From contig CAVTQD010000006.1 of the NCBI GenBank assembly GCA_963736745.1, positions 18,898 to 82,897 on the forward strand: a stretch of DNA of 64,000 bases. Direction: 5' to 3'. The DNA comes from an uncultured Verrucomicrobiae bacterium. GTDB lineage: Bacteria; Verrucomicrobiota; Verrucomicrobiia; Chthoniobacterales; JAFAMB01. The notes below the pieces were generated by a model. That model saw only the letters and a list, made by a program, of their open reading frames with translations, did not search any database and was not told where the DNA came from. This document shows positions 30,108 through 39,526 of the stretch, piece by piece. Each line of letters opens with the position of its first letter. The first letter of the stretch is position 1. A program made the position numbers and the translations under genes.

Positions 30108-30881
30108 GCGGTCGCTTTCTTTGTCGCCTTCCTATAGCGATGCGAGTAATCGGCAGCATAAAGGCGTGATTCGGTTCCCGCGTCCTGCTTCAAGGCTTGG
30201 CCGACAATCAGCATAGTCGAGAGCTCCCAATCCCGCGGCACGATCTCATCCACGATTCTTGTCGAGCGAGCCGGACCAGATCTTTTCCTCCGGCCACGTT
30301 GCCTTATGAACCAGAGCGGCGGGAGTATCCGGCGGATAGTGGGCCAGAAGCTCAGCAACGACATGCGGCAACTGCCCGCCGGATAGAAAAATACACATCG
30401 TCGTAGTATGCCCGGCGAGCGCTCGCAGCGCCTCGCTTTCGGGCATGGGTGAAGCCCGGCCGGCGGTTCGCGTGAGGATAATCGTCTGAGCGATTTCCGG
30501 TTTGGTCAGCTCGGTATTCAGGAGAGCGGCAGCGGCGGCAAACGAAGAGACTCCGGGCACAACTTCAAATTCAATTCCGAGGCGATCGAGCCTGCGCATC
30601 TGCTCCGCGGTCGCGCCGTAGATGGACGGATCGCCGGAGTGCAGACGGGCGACATCCAGGTCATGATCGCGAGCGTAGGCATAATGAGCTTCCTGCTCGT
30701 TCAAGCTCAGTTTCGCGGTATTGATGATTTGAGCGTCGGCACGGCAATGAACTAACATCTCCTTGCTGACCAGTGATCCGGCATAGAGCACCATAGCGAC
30801 TCGGCCGAGGATCTTTGCACCGCGAATTGTGATCAGGTCAGCGATTCCCGGTCCGGCTCCAATAAAATAGACTTTCATCAT
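30104..30881 (-). pseudogene. cbiF: Precorrin-4 C11-methyltransferase CbiF/CobM, one frameshift
   Basis: MMKVYFIGAGPGIADLITIRG...VARLHSGDPSIYGA...VVPGVSSF from ORF 30246..30881. The C-terminus ...RIVDEIVPRDWELSTMLIVGQAL is in ORF 30104..30364. The shift is near 30256-30262. Confidence 0.85.
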
Positions 30882-31622
30882 TGAGCTCCCAATGACGTTT
30901 TTCGGGCATATCCTTCCGGATCAGGAGCGTTGAGAGATAGCCCCGGCTTTTTCCCGGATCCATCTCCGCGGATGTCGCGTAAAGGATCGCGTCCGCCATC
31001 CCGACATGACTACCGAAAACGCACTGGCCGGCTATCCCAATTCGTGGAGCAAGGCCAGCACGGCTGGCAGTCGATCACCGATTTTCATCAGAACCACAAT
31101 GTCGTGCGTCTCGATCATCGATCGTAGTTCGATCATCTCAGCCGGACATGGCAAGATAAGGATGCGCTCTTTCCCTTCCCCGAGCGCAAATCCGGCTGCT
31201 GCGGCTACGGCGCAATAGCTCGGTACTCCGGGAAATGTTCGGTACTGCAGATCCGGTATCCGATCCTGCAGTCGCTGCGAGCGTGTACGCGTAGGTCGAA
31301 TAGGTCGACGGATCGCCTAACGTGAGGTAAGCGACGTCCTTCCCTGCACTGCAACTCGATGGCGATGATCTCTGCAAGTTCCGTGTAATGCGCGGAGAGA
31401 ACGCTCCGATCCGATTCCATAGCGAACTCAATTTCGCGAAATCGATCTTGCGGAATCTCGTCTGTCGGTAAACAGCCACGTGCAACCGAATGATTCATGG
31501 TCTTAGCCCGAGGGGCAAAGATTACATGACACTTTTTCAGAGTGTTCCAGGCGGCAACAGGAATCAGAGCCGGATTCGCCAGGGCCGACACCGATTCCGA
31601 AGAATGTTCCGGATCGGATCAC
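30878..31622 (-). pseudogene. cbiL: Precorrin-2 C20-methyltransferase CbiL/CobI, at least 5 frame changes
   Basis: The GTG start at 31622 is preceded by gggaggg. FFGIGVGPG, then NPALIPVAAWNTLKKCHVIFAPR, GKDVAYLTLGDPSTYSTY, RLQDRIPDLQYRTFPGVPSYCAVAAAAGFALGEGKERILILPCP and IGIAGQCVFGSHVGMADAIL each lie in different frames. The 3' end (30878) is inferred from an ATGA overlap with cbiF and is uncertain. Confidence 0.7.
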
Positions 31623-32712
31623 GGTTGCCCTCCCAATGGTTTGCCATCCATTTGGAACAGCCGTACGGAAACGGTCTCAACATGCATCAGCAGACAGGAG
31701 ATTTGAAAGGCGATTCTTTTTTCGACCAAGCACCAGAAATCCGTCTAGAAAGCTTCGGACTTTAGTAGCTCGATCTGGCCTTCTACGGTTCTCGATTGCG
31801 CCATCGATTCCAGGAGCGGGCCGGAGATTCCATACTGATCGGCAACTCGGCAAACCGCGCCAACGGCGCTTCGACTTTGCGCGGAATGCGTATCGTAAAC
31901 GTCGTCCAGAATCTTCGCGAGTTTGCCGGGATGGCCAATGACCCACAGCCTCGGTAAGCCGATAACCGTTTTCTTCCAACGTACGGTCGACACAATCCAA
32001 GGCAAAGCCGATAAAGTTGGCCGTCTGAACCACCCGTTTAAGCGGCAAATGCAGAAAACTGCGCGCGAACCGTTGACCGAGGTTTCCCGGAGCCACAACA
32101 ATTTCGCCTGGAGCATCCCCAAGTGCGACCCTCACATAAACCTCGATTGAGGCCTCAAAAGCTGCGGTCGATTTTGGCTCGACAATTCCGGTTGTACCGA
32201 GGATCGAGATCCCGCCTTCAATGCCTAGTCGAGGATTAAAAGTGCGTTTCGCAATTTCCTCGCCGCTCTCACAGCCAATTTGAAGATCAAATCCATGGCC
32301 GATAGTCTCGTCCCCCTCGCCGAGGACCTCGTGCACGGCGTTGATCATCATTTTTCTCGGAACAGGATTGATCGCCGGTTCGCCCAACTTGAGCTGCAGG
32401 CCAGGCTGCGTCACAACGCCAACACCTTCGCCGCGTTGGAATACGATCTGGCCGCTTTGATTTCGTCTCACCCTCGCGAATATCCGCGCGCGATGGGTCT
32501 GGTCTGGGTCGTCGCCTGCATCTTTAATGACATCTGCTCGAACAACCCCAACTGCTTCCTCCGAGACTCGATCGATGGGAACCGCCAGATACTGTAAGGC
32601 TATCCGGAAGTATCACATTGACCTCCGGCGGTGTCTCGTTACAGACGAGTTTTAGGAGGGCCGCCTTAACAGCGGCGGTCGCACATGTACCGGTCGTATA
32701 CCCGCGTCTCAA
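31619..32712 (-). pseudogene. cbiD: Cobalt-precorrin-5B C1-methyltransferase CbiD, two frame changes plus an in-frame TAG
   Basis: LRRGYTTGTCATAAVKAA starts at the TTG at 32712. There is a shift near 32595 to AVPIDRVSEEAVGVVRADVIKDAGDDPDQT...ISILGTTGIVEP, then a shift near 31960 to LWVIGHPGKLAKILDDVYDTHS. An in-frame TAG lies at 31745-31747. The frame then continues to a TGA at 31619 that overlaps the cbiL GTG. Confidence 0.8.
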
Positions 32713-33413
32713 ACCGTTTTCCGCAAGTTTTGTCCAGATCGAAACGGAAGGGGAAAAACTGCTCGGGATTTCCTTCGGCGCCCTTCATTTGCTGCTTCCT
32801 GATTGGCCAACTGGATAAGCATCGCGTTCACCACAGCGGCTGCCCAAGGCGATCCTCCACGAGTCCCGCGATTGGTGATCCGTGGCACGGACAGGCAGCG
32901 TCTCAGCTTTTCCTTGCTCTGTTCAGTCCCGACAAACCCGACTGGAAGCCCGATCACAAGATGCGGTCGCCACTGGTGCAAATTGACCAGCCGCACCGCT
33001 TCTTCTACGGCTGTCGGAGCATCGCCGATTGCGAGGATCAGATGGTTCCCAAACTGCATCCAAGCCCGCCTGATGCCGGCTGCGGACCGCGTGATGCCGG
33101 ACGCCTCGGCGAGCAAGCTCGTCTCCTCATCGTGAACCGTGCAAACCGTCTCAATCGCGAATCGATCGAGCAAGCTTCGCCGCAACCCGCTCTGGACCAT
33201 GGCGACGTCAGTTACGATCGGCACGCGCCGCGACAACGCCCGAATCCCAGCACGAATCGCTCCCGGTGAAATAAAGACCTCGTCAACGACATTGAAGTCT
33301 CCGCTCGTGTGGACCAGACGTTTCAGGATATCTCGCTCCGGCTCCGGGATTGCGGACCAATCGCGGCTGGCATTGATAATTCGAAAACTTTCCAATTCAA
33401 TCGGATGTGGCAC
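32709..33413 (-). CDS. cbiC: Precorrin-8X methylmutase CbiC/CobH
   Basis: 234 aa, intact: LVHTSGDFNVVDEVFISPGAI, IVTDVAMV, ILAIGDAPTA, VIGLPVGFVG. Confidence 0.85.
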   Translation of the reverse strand: MPHPIELESFRIINASRDWSAIPEPERDILKRLVHTSGDFNVVDEVFISPGAIRAGIRALSRRVPIVTDVAMVQSGLRRSLLDRFAIETVCTVHDEETSLLAEASGITRSAAGIRRAWMQFGNHLILAIGDAPTAVEEAVRLVNLHQWRPHLVIGLPVGFVGTEQSKEKLRRCLSVPRITNRGTRGGSPWAAAVVNAMLIQLANQEAANEGRRRKSRAVFPLPFRSGQNLRKTV

Positions 33414-34341
33414 TACCTCGCGCGCGGCGGCAGGCAGGCGTTCCCGCGCCTCCGCACCGGCGCTCGCACGTGGTAATGGTGTCCCTGTTGCGGAGCACCG
33501 ACTTCCTTTTCATAGCCGATGATCTGCACCCGATATTTGCAGAGACTGCAGTTGGCTATAGCTCTCCCAGTGACACTCTCTTCTGCCCGTTCGAGCAGTG
33601 CGTCTGCCAGAAGTTCGTGAACGCCAAGATACTCGCATTTCAAAAATTCAATCTCTGGATGTCGCATCGCGAGAGCTGCGACGGCCGAGTAGATCCGCTT
33701 TACCAGGATTCCTGTAAACAGAAAAAAAGGCGCAACGACGATTCGCGAAAATCCGAGCCGCACCGCCATCTTAAGCCCATCGGCAACCAGCGGCTTCGCG
33801 GTCCCGGAATAGCAGACGAATGAAGCTCCGAACCCCAGTCCTTCCTCCAGCATTCTCGCAAGTTTCGACACATCGGAGTTGGCGTCCGGATCAGTCGTAC
33901 CTCTTCCGACCACGGCCAGACAGCTTTGCGATCTTTTGAGCACCTGCGGGGATTGAGCCTCGGCCTGTATGATCCTTTCGCGCATCAGTTTCAGGACCAA
34001 TGGATGCAGCTGGAGTGCCGCACCGTAATGCACCTTCGTCTGAGGAAATTCTCGCCGTAGTGCGAGAACTTCACTTGGTATATCGTTCTTCGCGTGGGTC
34101 GCGGCGAGCAAAACGCCAGGGCACAACCGCAACTCGCTGCGCTCCCGCAGCGATATTGGCGCGGATCGCCTCATCGATTGTTGGGTGGGCGAACTCTAGA
34201 AAGCCATGGTTGACCCTTCGCCCGCGAGCGCGCTTCTGGACAAGCTGTACGAGACGCTCAAATTCACGAACTCCTTCCGGGTCCCGACTCCCGTGTCCGG
34301 CGATAACAATGTCGTATTCCGATGTCCTGTGAAGAAGTCAT
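33413..34341 (-). pseudogene. cbiX: Sirohydrochlorin cobaltochelatase CbiX (long form), about 2 frame changes
   Basis: The ATG at 34341 overlaps the cbiE stop. EYDIVIAGHGSRDPEGVREFERLV...[21 protein letters not shown] is in one frame. [17 protein letters not shown]...[14 protein letters not shown]...[14 protein letters not shown] is in ORF 33413..34174. The shifts are near 34320 and 34120. A C-terminal ANCSLCKY Cys pair is present. Confidence 0.75.
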
Positions 34342-35128
34342 TTTCGATTCGTCCTCGTACTCGCCATCAAGTTTCCCGGGTTTCCCTGCCCTCTTCTTTC
34401 ATACAAGCAATATTCTCCACGGCCCCGGAGGCGCCCGAGCCGGATTTCTATCGGTTCTAGCTGGCTTTTCATGGGACTCAGTGTCCGAATCAGCATGATG
34501 CTCATGTCGCTAAAGTCGGCGCAGCAATCACCGAGCGTTCCCAACCAGGCGGCTTCGTTTTGAGTAAGACGTTCCCAGACTTCTGTTTGATGACCCGGTG
34601 CGATGCCTCGAGCCAGCAAAAAAGCAGCGATTGCTTTCGGCATGAAATCCCATGGGCGCGGAATGACAATCACGTTCCGATCGTCTTGGAGCGCATGCAC
34701 GAGATGTTCTTGGAATGGCGCAATATCGCCGCGTCGATGAAAAGTAATGAACGACGTTTCATCAAAGCAAACACGGCAACGTGAAGCCAGGATCTGCGCT
34801 GCGCTAATCCCGGCCACCGTTTCTACCGAGTGACCGCATGCACGCTCAACACGTTCAAGGAATTGAAATCCGGAAAAGTGAATGTCTCCCATGAATACGA
34901 CGACGCATTTAGCGCCCTCATGGTGCAGCGAAGCAACCTTCTGCAGTATTTCTACCTGGTCCTTATAGCCCATGGTAACGATCCTGCACTCATTCCGGTA
35001 ACGAGTGGTCTGACCAAATCCACCACCGCCCTGAAACCGGCAACAACATCGGCCGTTTCGATCAATTCCCGGCCGCGTTGAGTTAGATAACCCAAGTCGC
35101 CTGGACCGGCGCCGAGACAGCAAATCAT
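34338..35128 (-). pseudogene. cbiE: Precorrin-6Y methyltransferase CbiE-type, one frameshift
   Basis: [32 protein letters not shown] starts at the ATG at 35128, which overlaps the cbiA stop. It joins ORF 34338..35123 ([11 protein letters not shown]...[13 protein letters not shown]...VAGISAAQ) after a shift near 34990. No CbiT-like domain was seen. Confidence 0.7.
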
Positions 35129-36471
35129 AAAGCCGCCATTCTTGTCTTGTTCGTCAAGGGTCGCAGCACAGCCTGACTTGCAGGGAAGTAAAGGTGCACG
35201 TACGACGCATGGAGATCGTTTTTCTGAAACCCTTCACGGCGTGTTGAGCCAAGACGTTTCTGGCATACCGTCCAAAGATTCGCTAGATGCGGTTCTGCCG
35301 TCCAGCGTGAATGATGAAATTCATGTCCGCGAAACGTTTCGCTTAGGGCGCCTGGCAGCTCAGAGCATTCGCAGTACCCGAAATGCTGAAGTCCCGGCGT
35401 CATTTCCACCGCCCCGGGGATTGCGCCGACCATCGGGAAACGCCGTCCAGATCGACTAACGAGCTCTTCGGCCAGCCACATCAATCCTCCGCACTCGGCA
35501 TAGCAGGTCAAACCGTCCGCAATCGCTGAATGGATTTCTGACCGGATTGCCTGATTCTGAGCTAGTTCGTCAGCGAACACCTCCGGAAAGCCACCGCCGA
35601 TGATAAGCCCATCCAGGCCAGGCGGCAGTTTTGAATCGTCCAGGGGTGAGAACTCGACCAGTTCAGCGTCGTTGCGACGCAGATAATCCAGATTCGCTTC
35701 GTAATAAAAGTGGAAGGCTTTGTCTCTCGCTAATCCAATCCGGACCCTTTACCGGGTGGATCCGCTGCCGCCGGGTACCCCCGAGCGGGCGCAATTAAAG
35801 CAGAGAATGGCGGACAAATCAAGATATCTTTCAGCGAGCTTTGCGAGCTCCGTTCGGGCAGGCAAGCTATGCTCCTCTTGAGCCTGCAACCCGAGATGTC
35901 TTTCAGGCCAGGAAAGCTCCGAACAAACCGGGATCGCTCCGAAGACCGGCAACTTAAGAGGAGCGATCGCCTCGCGCAAATAGTCTGCATGGCCGCAGCC
36001 GCTGACGCCGTTCAAGATCACACCGGCAAGCAGGTCAGGACCAGCCTCGGCAATAAAACCGCGAAGTGCGGCAGCCAGTGAACGTCCCGTTTTGGCGCTC
36101 GGAATGACCAGGAGCACCGGCCAACGAAGGAGTCTTGCAACGGCCATGGTGCTGCCCTCTTCGGATTTTACATCGCTTCCATCAAACAACCCCATCACTC
36201 CTTCAACAATCGAGATTCTGCGAGCGCCGTGCGTCGTCGTTTCATGAACGATTCCGACATCTTTCATTAGCCAGAGATCCAGGTTTCGCGACGGCACACC
36301 CGCAAATCGGGTGTGGTATCCGGGATCGATAAAGTCAGGCCCCACCTTGAAGGGCTGAATCGCCAGCCCGCGTTCGGACAGAGCTGCGAGAAGCATGCAG
36401 GTCACAGCGGTCTTCCCGGCGCCGCTCTGCATTCCAGCCAGGATCAATCCGTCGGATGGATAGGTTATCAT
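35125..36471 (-). pseudogene. cbiA: Cobyrinic acid a,c-diamide synthase CbiA/CobB interrupted by a single in-frame TAA
   Basis: ORFs 35749..36471 (LILAGMQSGAGKTAVT...FKVGPDFIDPGYH) and 35125..35580 are in the same frame. The sequence reads ...GSGSTR-TAA-RVRIGLARDKAFHFYYEANLDYL...YAECGGLMWL..., with the stop at 35749-35751. Confidence 0.85.
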
Positions 36472-36533
36472 CGCGTCATCCTAAATCTTCCTCGTCCTCG
36501 ATCTCGTCCTCGTCCTCGATTTAACTCTTTCAT
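36468..36533 (-). CDS. Candidate 21-codon Arg/Gly-rich micro-ORF bridging cobO and cbiA
   Basis: MKELNRGRGRDRGRGRFRMTR. Its ATG shares a base with the cobO TGA (TGATG) and its TGA overlaps the cbiA ATG (ATGA). The DNA is a short tandem repeat (cctcgtcctcgat). Expression is unproven. Confidence 0.2.
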   Translation of the reverse strand: MKELNRGRGRDRGRGRFRMTR

Positions 36534-37096
36534 CAGAACTCGATCCCCCTTCGTGCCTGCACCCCGTCATCGAAGTGATGTTTGATTTTCCGCATCTCAG
36601 TGACTACCCCGGCACGCTCAATTAATGCCTCTGGCGCGTATCGCCCTGTGAAAACGAGCTCCACGTTTGGGGGCCGGTTCTCCACGAGCGCGATCGCTCG
36701 TTCCACCGAAATTAAATCGCGGTGGATGCAATAGTTAATCTCGTCAACGATCACTAGATCGTACTCGGAACTCACGATGAGGCGCTCGAGTTCGTCCATC
36801 ACTTGACAGAGCGCAGCCCTCATTGCCTCCACGTGTTCCGGGATATTTTTACTCTTCGATAAAATCCAGTCCTGCTCGACATTCTTATACGTTAGATTCG
36901 GATGCAAAGTCGGTAAGATAGCCAGTTCGCCCGTTTTCCAGCGAGGCTTCATCATGCGCAGATAATAAACGCGGAACCCGCAGCCGAGTGCCCGGAGCAT
37001 GAGTCCCATCGAAGCGGTGCTCTTGCCTTTGCCTTCGCCTGTATAGATCTGGAAGGCACCTTGTTTTAGACGCGGTCGTGCGGTTTCTGGGTTCAT
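36533..37096 (-). CDS. cobO: Cob(I)yrinic acid a,c-diamide adenosyltransferase (CobO/BtuR type)
   Basis: Start moved to MNPETARPRLKQG at 37096. FQIYTGEGKGKSTASMG P-loop, VIVDEINY, and GRYAPEALIERAGVVTEMRKIKH. Confidence 0.9.
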   Translation of the reverse strand: MNPETARPRLKQGAFQIYTGEGKGKSTASMGLMLRALGCGFRVYYLRMMKPRWKTGELAILPTLHPNLTYKNVEQDWILSKSKNIPEHVEAMRAALCQVMDELERLIVSSEYDLVIVDEINYCIHRDLISVERAIALVENRPPNVELVFTGRYAPEALIERAGVVTEMRKIKHHFDDGVQARRGIEF

Positions 37097-37152
37097 TTCA
37101 GACTCTGGCCTCAATAAGCGTTTGGATGCATACGGCGCGTGAAGTTTGGGTA

Positions 37153-38100
37153 CTAACGGGAGAGAAAAAACGATATAAGAAGGAATAATCCGGCACACGC
37201 CCCGGCAATCCGCCACATCCAGTCGAGACTTCTTGCGATATCCATCGCGCTTGCAGAGCGCCCGGAAGGATTAAACACCGGCCCACGGACACAGAGACCA
37301 TCATAGTAATTGTCGCCGCCGAGGCGCACACCTAAAGCATAAGCCATGGCAGCTTCGCTCCAACCTGCGTTCGGACTCGCGTGGGATGCGGCTTCCTGAC
37401 ATATCGCTCCCCAGCGACGAGCAGAATGGAAAAAACATAAGAATATCGCGCAAATTCTGGCCGGCACCCAGTTCAACAAGTCATCGATCCGGGCTGATGC
37501 TTTCCCGAACTTTTCGTAGACGTCGGTTCGATGTCCAACCGTTGAGTCCAGTGTGTTGGCGATGCGGTAAATCAGCGCTCCGGGAGCGCCGGCAATCACA
37601 CTCCAGAACAGAGGCGCCACGACGGCGTCGGTGAGACTTTCCGCAACGCTCTCGATCGCGGCTCGGCTGATTTCCGGCTCGCTCAGCGTTTCAGTGTCGC
37701 GACCGACAATCCATGCGAGCCGGATGCGAGCCTCAGCCAAATTACCCGCCGCGAGAGGCTGAAATACCGCCCGAACGTGGCGATGCAGATCCATTGCGGC
37801 GATCGCCTGGTAAATAATGAGGGTGTTGAGAAGCCATGTCGCAGCAGAACCCAGCCTGGCGCAGAACCAATAAACGACCGCATAGCATGCAAATATCGTT
37901 CCGGTCACCAGTCCCCAGAACACGATACCGAGCCCAACGCTCCGTTGCACTCTCCGGGTCAGAACGGCTTCGTATCGAGCCGACAGTTCACCTGTCAACC
38001 GAGCAATGTGCGGCCAGCCGCGTGGATCACCGACAAGAAGATCCAGCACGATCGCCGTAAAAATCTGGGAAGGATCAGCCCGCCACATAATCCCAGACAT
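37153..38100 (-). CDS. cbiB: Adenosylcobinamide-phosphate synthase CbiB/CobD
   Basis: 315-aa membrane protein: LDLLVGDPRGWPH, IVGRDT, NTLDSTVGH, SPNAGWSEAAMAYALGVRLGG. Confidence 0.9.
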   Translation of the reverse strand: MSGIMWRADPSQIFTAIVLDLLVGDPRGWPHIARLTGELSARYEAVLTRRVQRSVGLGIVFWGLVTGTIFACYAVVYWFCARLGSAATWLLNTLIIYQAIAAMDLHRHVRAVFQPLAAGNLAEARIRLAWIVGRDTETLSEPEISRAAIESVAESLTDAVVAPLFWSVIAGAPGALIYRIANTLDSTVGHRTDVYEKFGKASARIDDLLNWVPARICAIFLCFFHSARRWGAICQEAASHASPNAGWSEAAMAYALGVRLGGDNYYDGLCVRGPVFNPSGRSASAMDIARSLDWMWRIAGACAGLFLLISFFLSR

Positions 38101-39526
38101 CCTCCAGATTCAGATGTTCCTCCAAAAGATCGGCCATTCCATCGTAAACGCCCTGAAGATGTTCCCGCCACGGGACAGTCGCCGATCGATAATTCGAAAA
38201 TCCGGCGCGGCTCGCCAATTCTGAGCGGATCGCGGATGATTCGAACATCCCGTGCAAGTAGGTGCCCCAAACATTTTGCATCTTACAACCTTCAGGGCGC
38301 GCAACCCCGCCGTGTTCGACGGAGCATAAGGGCGCACACGGACCGGTTGGAATCGTCGTTCCCATGTGGATCTCGTAGGCTTGCCATCGCTGACCTTCCC
38401 AAGAGGCAAACACCTGTACGACTTTCTTCGTCTTTGAGAAAGTCGTCCGCACTGGGAGCAGGTTTAGTCCAGGCACAACCCCTTGGTCGCCGGCAACGCC
38501 CTCCGTATCGCGCACCAACTCGCCGAGCATTTGGTATCCCGCGCAAATCCCGACGATGGGAACACCGCGCTGAGCGGCGCGTTTTACATCCTGCGCGATC
38601 CCCGTCCGATGAAGCCACTGCAAATCTGCTAGGGTGTTTTTGCTTCCGGGCAAGATTACTATTTTCGCGCCATCCACACCGTGCAGATGTTGAATCCATC
38701 TGACGCGTACGCCGCTGTCAAGGAGCCACGGCTGACAATCCTGCGAGTTTGAAAGATGCGGAAAACGAATCCAGGCGACCGTGTCACCATCACCGTGCTC
38801 CTCTGCTTCCCGGCAGAGGCTATCTTCGCTTTCCGGTTGAAGTTTTGGCGAAAAGGGAAGGACGCCAAGGTATGGTAGCGAAGTCCTTTTCGCCAAACAG
38901 TGGCGCGCGTCCCCGAATAGCGAGATATCGCCGCGAAATTTGTTCACGGCAACACCCAGTCCGCGTGCCTGATCATCGCGATCAAGCAAATTCCAGGTGC
39001 CGACGATCTGGGCAAAAACACCGCCCCGCTCAATATCAGCAACAAGTACCCACCTGCCATCCAGGTGCCGGATCGGGCGCAGATTCGCAATATCGCGGCT
39101 CATGAGGTTAAGTTCGACCGGGCTCCCGGCGCCTTCCAGAATCAACACGTCACACCGCTTTTTCCAATACTCCAAAGCTTCGCAGACGATCGGCCACAGT
39201 TTCTCAATCAACTCGTAATACTCGGCTGACTCAACGTGTTCCGTTGCGCGGCCCAACAGCACCAGTTGCGATCCGAGCCGGCCGGACGGTTTTAGCAGGA
39301 TCGGATTCATTTCCACAGTCGGCTGCAGACGACATGCTTCGGCTTGAGCTGCTTGCGCTCGACCAATCTCGCCTCCATCGAGCGTGACAAAGGAGTTATT
39401 CGACATGTTTTGCGCTTTAAAAGGCGCCACAATCAGTCCTTTTCGGCGCAGCAACGCACAAAGGGCAGTGGCGAACCAACTCTTGCCGCTGTTGGACGAA
39501 GTTCCGAGAACAGAAATTGCCTTCAT
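38075..39526 (-). CDS. cobQ: Cobyric acid synthase CobQ/CbiP
   Basis: The start MKAISVLGTSSNSGKS at 39526 overlaps the upstream stop (ATGA). ILEGAGSPVELNL. C-terminal glutamine amidotransferase domain with GICAGYQMLG and GTYLHG. Confidence 0.9.
   Translation of the reverse strand: MKAISVLGTSSNSGKSWFATALCALLRRKGLIVAPFKAQNMSNNSFVTLDGGEIGRAQAAQAEACRLQPTVEMNPILLKPSGRLGSQLVLLGRATEHVESAEYYELIEKLWPIVCEALEYWKKRCDVLILEGAGSPVELNLMSRDIANLRPIRHLDGRWVLVADIERGGVFAQIVGTWNLLDRDDQARGLGVAVNKFRGDISLFGDARHCLAKRTSLPYLGVLPFSPKLQPESEDSLCREAEEHGDGDTVAWIRFPHLSNSQDCQPWLLDSGVRVRWIQHLHGVDGAKIVILPGSKNTLADLQWLHRTGIAQDVKRAAQRGVPIVGICAGYQMLGELVRDTEGVAGDQGVVPGLNLLPVRTTFSKTKKVVQVFASWEGQRWQAYEIHMGTTIPTGPCAPLCSVEHGGVARPEGCKMQNVWGTYLHGMFESSAIRSELASRAGFSNYRSATVPWREHLQGVYDGMADLLEEHLNLEDVWDYVAG

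Noticed and set aside
31745-31747. The in-frame TAG in cbiD as a pyrrolysine codon, tempting because methylamine/methanol-type corrinoid genes are nearby
   Set aside because: There are no pylTSBCD genes or tRNA in the window. CbiD is not a known Pyl protein, MtaB-type systems do not use Pyl, and the surrounding genes carry many other lesions.
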